From positions 448,509 through 512,508 of the forward strand of contig CBDEFI010000001.1 of assembly GCA_965237375.1 (NCBI GenBank): a stretch of 64,000 bases of DNA, given 5' to 3'. The notes below the pieces were generated by a model that was not told the DNA's origin, did no database searches, and worked only from the letters and a program-made list of their open reading frames with translations. The stretch comes from Acidimicrobiales bacterium (GTDB lineage: Bacteria > Actinomycetota > Acidimicrobiia > Acidimicrobiales > CATQHL01). Shown piece after piece: positions 59,901 to 64,000 of this stretch. Position 1 is the stretch's first letter, and every line of letters starts with the position of its first letter. The position numbers and the translations under genes were made by a program.

Positions 59901-62048
59901 GAAACGCTCGCCGCTCTTCCCTCAGCCGGAACCTCCAAGGACTTCACCGACCTGGCGATCCGCGCCGATCAGCGCCGCGACCGGACGCTCATCCGACAAC
60001 GCCTCGAACAAGTCCGGGAGCGCATGGACATCGGCGCGTGGCGACTCGGCCAGCAGGAGTTGATAGAACAACTCCTCGGCGACGAACGAGCAGACGTGCT
60101 GGCGGTGCTGCCCACCGGTAGCGGTAAGTCACTCATCTACCAGATCCCCGGACTGCTGCTGCCAGGTATCACCCTCGTCACGTCGCCGCTCCTGGCCCTG
60201 ATGCGCGATCAGATCGACGGGCTGCGCCAGCGCGGCTACCACCAAGTTGCCGCCATCCACACTGGACAGTCGCAGACGGAGCAGAACGAAGTCCTCACCG
60301 GTGTCCGCGAAGGCCGCTACAAGCTGTTGTACGTCTCGCCGGAACGCCTCTGGACGACCCGCTTTCGAGAGGCGATGGAGGGCGTGGCCATCGACTTGGT
60401 GGTGGTCGACGAGGCCCACTGCGTGTCGCTGTGGGGGCACAGCTTCCGACCTGAGTACCTCCAGATCACCCGGGCCATCACGGAGATGTGCGATGCGCGG
60501 GCAGAGATCGGACGACCCGTCCTCGCCGCTCTGACGGGAACCGCCACACCCCAAACGCAGGCCGACATCATCGAACAACTCCGGCTGCGGCTGCCGGACG
60601 GTGCCGTTGCCCACAACCCCGACCGCCCGGAGTTGCGCTTCTACGTGCAGGAGTGCAAGTCGTTCGAAGACAGGAAGCTGCAGGTACTGGCAATCCTCGG
60701 CGCCTTCCGGAACAAGCCCGCCATCGTCTACGTCCCGCGCCGACGTGACACGATGCACCTATCGGCCCTGCTGCGGGCCGACAATCACGTCTGCCTCCCC
60801 TACCACGGAGGCATGGAACAGCCCCAGCGCACCCATACCGAGGAGGCATTCCGCCACGGCGAGGTGGACGTGATCGTGGGAACCAACGCCTTCGGCCTGG
60901 GCATCGACAAACCCGATGTCGAGTTGGTCGTCCACCTGGAGATGCCCCAAACCATCGAGGACTATGTCCAAGAAACCGGCCGTGCGGCGCGCGGAACGAC
61001 CGACGGACGGGGCCCCGAGATCGGCACCTGCATCCTGCTGCGCACGCCTCGTGACTGCGGCATACACAACTTCTTCGGGAAGAACGCCGTCCCGAGTTTC
61101 GAGACGGTCCGCTCCGTCTGGCAGCGCCTGAGCGGTCGCAGCCTGATCCCGCTCGGCGAACTCTCCCGGAGCGCTGACGAGAACGAGCGGGAACATACCG
61201 GATTGGCCGTGCAGTACCTCGTCGTACACGGTGCTGCGCAACGCCGGCCCGACGTGACTTGGCGCTGCACGGTAAACGTACCCCAGGACTGGAGAGGGCG
61301 ACTGGCACGGGCCAACCGACTCGACGATGCCGAGCGAGCCTTGCTGAATACGGCCGTCGAGTCGTGGAGGCGCTTCGGCGGGGAGCCGTTCAACCTCGTC
61401 GAGGAATGCGAGAGGCGGGCCTGGGAGCCCGCCGACACCGAACGGCTGCTCCTCAAGGCCGACCGCTGCGAGATCATCACGTTCCGCACCATCGAACCGG
61501 CCTTGGACATCGTGTGTGCATCCGAACATGAACCCGACTGGGAGGCGATTCAGGAAGCCCTGGACGAGCAAGGCCGACGGATCGGGGACCGAATCCGCCG
61601 CGCCCGGGAGTTCGCCCGCAGTGACGAGACCTGTCGGCGCGCACGGATGCTCAGCTATCTCGGCGTGGACGCACCTCCCTGCTGTGAGGGCTGCGACGTG
61701 TGCGTGCCCGACATGCCGCGTCCGTGGGCAGGGCACGAGTTCACCCCGGAGCAACTCGAACATGCCATCCCGGCGCGAGAGGTCGTCCGCGTGCTGCTCA
61801 GTGACGTAGCGGGAGCCAAGTATTCCCGTGCCAACATCCTCCGTACGCTGAGCGACACCGGCGGGCCGTACGAGTTGCCCGCCGAGTTGAAGTCCCACCA
61901 TCTCCGGGGCGCCTTGGCGCACCTGAGCGACAACCGCATCGAGGAGACGATTGCGCAGATGGTGGCCGATGGCATGGTCGAGGAGTTTCAGACGACCAGG
62001 CACCCCGACGAAGGCTCCGGCCCTTACAGTGCTCTGCGGTTGCGGTAG
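56988..62048 (+). CDS. 1,686-aa fusion protein: DnaQ-like exonuclease + DinG/XPD-like helicase + RecQ-like helicase
   Basis: Exonuclease motifs: FVVIDIETSGLD, VAHNGTGYDFPIL, HRALPDAAATARVV. DinG motifs: LIEAPTGTGKTLGYLVP, LVCDEAHNLEE. RecQ motifs: LAVLPTGSGKSLIYQIP, VVVDEAHCVSLWGHSFRPEY, LTGTATP, and the Zn cluster CRRARMLSYLG..CCEGCDVC. Confidence 0.8.
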   Translation: MSSARSPDPSPQTAGDDSAPPIPAFVVIDIETSGLDFDADNFRILEVAACRVEPGQPVSTFQTLVREDAQLLTERLPGVTDDEVRSAVGEAEALAILASFCGLLPVVAHNGTGYDFPILGAALKRHSAPPIVGQQLDSLELALLVAPRSGRRVPPNIDGAKPPESLSLDSLCGWLAVAPPEPRHRALPDAAATARVVVKMLALLNQDRPEHNAQRFLLHRGHHPWAAFLTASDRLSPLEELVPAPPDGASPTSAPTSFSVDAAVSPLSPGGMLVRAPDRSHRPQQEQMARYVAGALAGGRTALIEAPTGTGKTLGYLVPAVAFARCNPEARVGVSMHTKILQDQVMVTLMELKDTLGPLRWTVLKGASNYLSLPDLADEMDDPPSTPEGSWALAAVVGWAAQTPTGEWDDLQDWLLRERSAGFPALRWRISCEGTRAAPTALDQKCFHHRAVMALNSADIAVLNHAVLLSRASVANELTHLVCDEAHNLEESATSALTEEVSEASLERLLDVIGATPRRGLLRRYRDYHRRADDSDLAAIAESVHLVTDCTEACRLHTGSFGSLLVEYARSRAETRTGQLERYGVQYRLRPGFDTGRGDYRPVRRAAESLAGSLEAIANNLDRLHLPTDCNPTGRRRRLNLEAQIVRASREARRAATCLRSGVGTHDDDRWISVAALEMRDDAISWALRRLPIDVSEKLQTLWGNMRAVVCTSATLRVAGTFTHMIERLGLTAELTEKLDSPFADLARNQLVVLLGHLPLPRGMLLEEFGEATTGELARLFTLSSGGAMALFTARDRMLRSRDHLKPLLAKNDMELLCQGDQAATKLVERMRTDEGSCLLGTRSFWEGVDIPGDALRLLAIEKLPFPNFSDPLVAARTEELQRRGKDPFQHYVVPQAVLAFAQGAGRLIRTEDDRGALVLLDKRLRMPLSYSSAFLDALPDGTEPRRPNTAEEAYEAIAEHLGLAWGSGIAETLAALPSAGTSKDFTDLAIRADQRRDRTLIRQRLEQVRERMDIGAWRLGQQELIEQLLGDERADVLAVLPTGSGKSLIYQIPGLLLPGITLVTSPLLALMRDQIDGLRQRGYHQVAAIHTGQSQTEQNEVLTGVREGRYKLLYVSPERLWTTRFREAMEGVAIDLVVVDEAHCVSLWGHSFRPEYLQITRAITEMCDARAEIGRPVLAALTGTATPQTQADIIEQLRLRLPDGAVAHNPDRPELRFYVQECKSFEDRKLQVLAILGAFRNKPAIVYVPRRRDTMHLSALLRADNHVCLPYHGGMEQPQRTHTEEAFRHGEVDVIVGTNAFGLGIDKPDVELVVHLEMPQTIEDYVQETGRAARGTTDGRGPEIGTCILLRTPRDCGIHNFFGKNAVPSFETVRSVWQRLSGRSLIPLGELSRSADENEREHTGLAVQYLVVHGAAQRRPDVTWRCTVNVPQDWRGRLARANRLDDAERALLNTAVESWRRFGGEPFNLVEECERRAWEPADTERLLLKADRCEIITFRTIEPALDIVCASEHEPDWEAIQEALDEQGRRIGDRIRRAREFARSDETCRRARMLSYLGVDAPPCCEGCDVCVPDMPRPWAGHEFTPEQLEHAIPAREVVRVLLSDVAGAKYSRANILRTLSDTGGPYELPAELKSHHLRGALAHLSDNRIEETIAQMVADGMVEEFQTTRHPDEGSGPYSALRLR

Positions 62049-62075
62049 CGGACACGCTGCAATGAAGGACACGAC

Positions 62076-63968
62076 ATGGCGTTCCTGATACCAGAGAACC
62101 TGGCGTCACGAAGCGACGTGCCAGAGCGCTTCCGAATTGTGGCGGCAGCGTTGCGCGAGCAACTCCCCGACGACGTGACCGTCTGGCTGGAACACTTCTC
62201 CCTCGATGCGCAGCTCGCGCCGCCGAGGTCATTACGAGGCCAGGGCGAATCCTCCGTACCCTTCCTGGCGATTGTCCTGCCACGTCACGGTCTGCTCTGG
62301 CTCGATGTACTCGCCGGAGGATCGAGAGCTCTCGAACAACAGCGGGGGCGTCGAACCAAGGGCAACCCGGTGCCGGCAGCCATCGGACGGCTGGAGGAAC
62401 ACAGCCGTCCGGTCTTCGGCCGACTAGCCGAATCGGGCGACTCCCGAACAAGGGGCATTCCTGTGCTCACGGCATGTGCCGCCCCAATGGTGCCAGCCCG
62501 CGCCGCACCACCTGGCAGCGACCGGAAGCGAGTGCTTTTCGCGGATGACATCGTAGGCCTCGAAGATGCGATCGCCGGCCTCTTCGAGCGCGCTCGGCGG
62601 GAGAGCACCCCGTTGACGAGCAATGAGCAAGACGTTCTGCGCGCCGCGCTACATCCGGAGTGCGTGATACGCGACGACAGGACGCGTCAAGAGCAGGGAC
62701 GGCTCGCGCTACGCCAGCGCAACTCTCCCGACGATGAGCAGACCATCAAGCTTCTCGACCGTGAGCAGGAACGCTTGGCCAAGGACCTCGGCAGTGGATA
62801 TCGAGTCATCAAGGGGGTTGCCGGTAGTGGCAAGACCCTTGTCCTGGTGTTCCGCGCCAAGTTCGTACGATCGGACTTGCGCGTCCTGCTCACCTGTTTC
62901 AATCGAGTACTCGCCGACCAACTCGAGAATCAACTGAGCAACCGGACGAACGTCACGGTTCGGAACATCGACCGTCTCCCTTACGAGTTGGATCGCCGCG
63001 CCCATGACCGAGGGATTCCGTTCTCACTTTCGAAGGATGGCACTGACTTTGACCTTCGTATCACAGAATCCCTCGATCTGTTGACAAGACACCCTGAACT
63101 GGGACTGTTCGACATCGTGCTGGTGGACGAGGCGCAGGACTTCGACCCGCAGCGCTTGGAGTTCGCCTACCGGCTCCTCAAGCCGGAAAAGACTGATTTC
63201 GTAGTGGCACGCGACGCCGCCCAGAACGTATACCGGCGTCCGGACTGGATTCCCCCGGAGACATCCGGGAGGGGCCGCACGAAGATCCTGAAGCGCAACT
63301 ACCGCAACACACGAGAGATCCTCTACCTGGCATGGGAAGTTCTCCGCGCCGGCGATCAAAGCAGCGTTCAGGGCGATCCCGAGATCGACGACGTGATCAT
63401 CGAACCCGAGGCCGCACTGCGCCGCGGCCCGCTACCCGAGACTCTCTCCGTGCGCGAGGAGGACGAACAGCGTGAGGTGTCCAATCGCATTCAGCGCGCC
63501 GCCGATGAGGGTGCCCGGTGGGACGACATCGCCGTCCTGTGCGGTAACCGCAAGACACAGAGGCGGTACGCCGACGAACTAGAGCGACGCTCCATCCCCC
63601 ACCTGAACACCGCCGACACCCGAGAACGCAACAGGGTGGCCAGCACAAGGAACCATGTGCTGATCGCATCTTTGCGACATCTCAAGGGTCTGGAGTTCCC
63701 GTACGTTTTTCTTGGCGGGATCTCGGAGATTGCTGTGGGCGGGGAGGAGGCCGACGACGTCACGGAACGTCGCGCCCTCTACGTAGCAATGACTCGCGCC
63801 ACTCGCCATCTGACGGTCGTGCTGAGCGGCGACAGCGCCTACGCAGACGATATCCAACGGTGGATCCACCGCTGGCGGCACGACCAATCCAATTATGATC
63901 TGATCGATCCCTCCGAGGACAAGCCCGGTCAACCGCCCGTCACCAGCCACACGACCGACCGCACCTAG
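62076..63968 (+). CDS. SF1 (UvrD/PcrA-like) helicase with a NERD/PD-(D/E)xK-like but apparently degenerate N-terminal domain
   Basis: Motifs IKGVAGSGKTLVLVF, IVLVDEAQDF, KRNYRNTREIL, LKGLEFPYVFL and LYVAMTRATRHLTVV. Starts 27 nt after the fusion-helicase stop. Confidence 0.75.
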   Translation: MAFLIPENLASRSDVPERFRIVAAALREQLPDDVTVWLEHFSLDAQLAPPRSLRGQGESSVPFLAIVLPRHGLLWLDVLAGGSRALEQQRGRRTKGNPVPAAIGRLEEHSRPVFGRLAESGDSRTRGIPVLTACAAPMVPARAAPPGSDRKRVLFADDIVGLEDAIAGLFERARRESTPLTSNEQDVLRAALHPECVIRDDRTRQEQGRLALRQRNSPDDEQTIKLLDREQERLAKDLGSGYRVIKGVAGSGKTLVLVFRAKFVRSDLRVLLTCFNRVLADQLENQLSNRTNVTVRNIDRLPYELDRRAHDRGIPFSLSKDGTDFDLRITESLDLLTRHPELGLFDIVLVDEAQDFDPQRLEFAYRLLKPEKTDFVVARDAAQNVYRRPDWIPPETSGRGRTKILKRNYRNTREILYLAWEVLRAGDQSSVQGDPEIDDVIIEPEAALRRGPLPETLSVREEDEQREVSNRIQRAADEGARWDDIAVLCGNRKTQRRYADELERRSIPHLNTADTRERNRVASTRNHVLIASLRHLKGLEFPYVFLGGISEIAVGGEEADDVTERRALYVAMTRATRHLTVVLSGDSAYADDIQRWIHRWRHDQSNYDLIDPSEDKPGQPPVTSHTTDRT

Positions 63969-64000
63969 CGGCGGGCGAAGGCCAGGAGGTCGTCCAGATT

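Noticed and set aside
1-64000. tRNA, rRNA, CRISPR arrays and obvious riboswitches
   Set aside because: Reading both strands I found no cloverleaf-compatible T-arm consensus, no rRNA-like conserved blocks, and no regularly spaced short direct repeats with unique spacers. The only regular repeats are intragenic (RCC1, Pro-rich tethers) or IS-borne.

Overview
High-GC, gene-dense bacterial chromosomal segment. The gene content (Lhr, an F420-type LLM oxidoreductase, a RamB/PrpR-like regulator, dapA-rnj synteny, Pro-rich lipoprotein tethers) suggests Actinomycetota, but the taxon is an inference. Left third (0.4-20.8 kb, minus strand): two tandem hydantoinase/oxoprolinase A+B pairs separated by a 65-aa Cys-rich gene and preceded by a CUT2-type ABC importer. 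An SDR, a divergent XRE/ImmA (RamB-like) regulator and a complete LivFGHM+binding-protein importer follow. Many junctions here are 4-nt ATGA/GTGA overlaps. Middle: lhr coupled to an FGGY kinase, an MBL hydrolase, tandem-duplicated SnoaL/NTF2 genes, a Phd-VapC pair and an LLM oxidoreductase. These are followed by a divergent pair of giant repeat lipoproteins (about ten PPC-like domains; 21 RCC1 blades). 38.1-47.5 kb: two inverted copies of one IS1380-family element, each with its own 5-bp NTTAG target duplication. They bracket MBOAT + SGNH acyltransferase genes, an ArsC-family gene and orphan OppD/OppF ATPases, and copy B splits an MFS transporter gene. The ArsC-family gene carries an in-frame TGA exactly at the catalytic-Cys position, followed by a SECIS-like hairpin; this candidate selenoprotein is the top finding. 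Right: an SDR, an islet bounded by AT-rich sequence (Fic, a Leu-rich degenerate-repeat protein, a stand-alone DEDDh exonuclease) and housekeeping rnj-dapA-SURF1. The window ends with a two-gene helicase module. Its first product fuses DnaQ-like exonuclease, DinG-like and RecQ-like helicases in 1,686 aa; the second is an SF1 helicase with a degenerate nuclease-like N-terminus. No rRNA, tRNA or CRISPR array was seen. Most long track ORFs that overlap these genes in other frames are high-GC artefacts.
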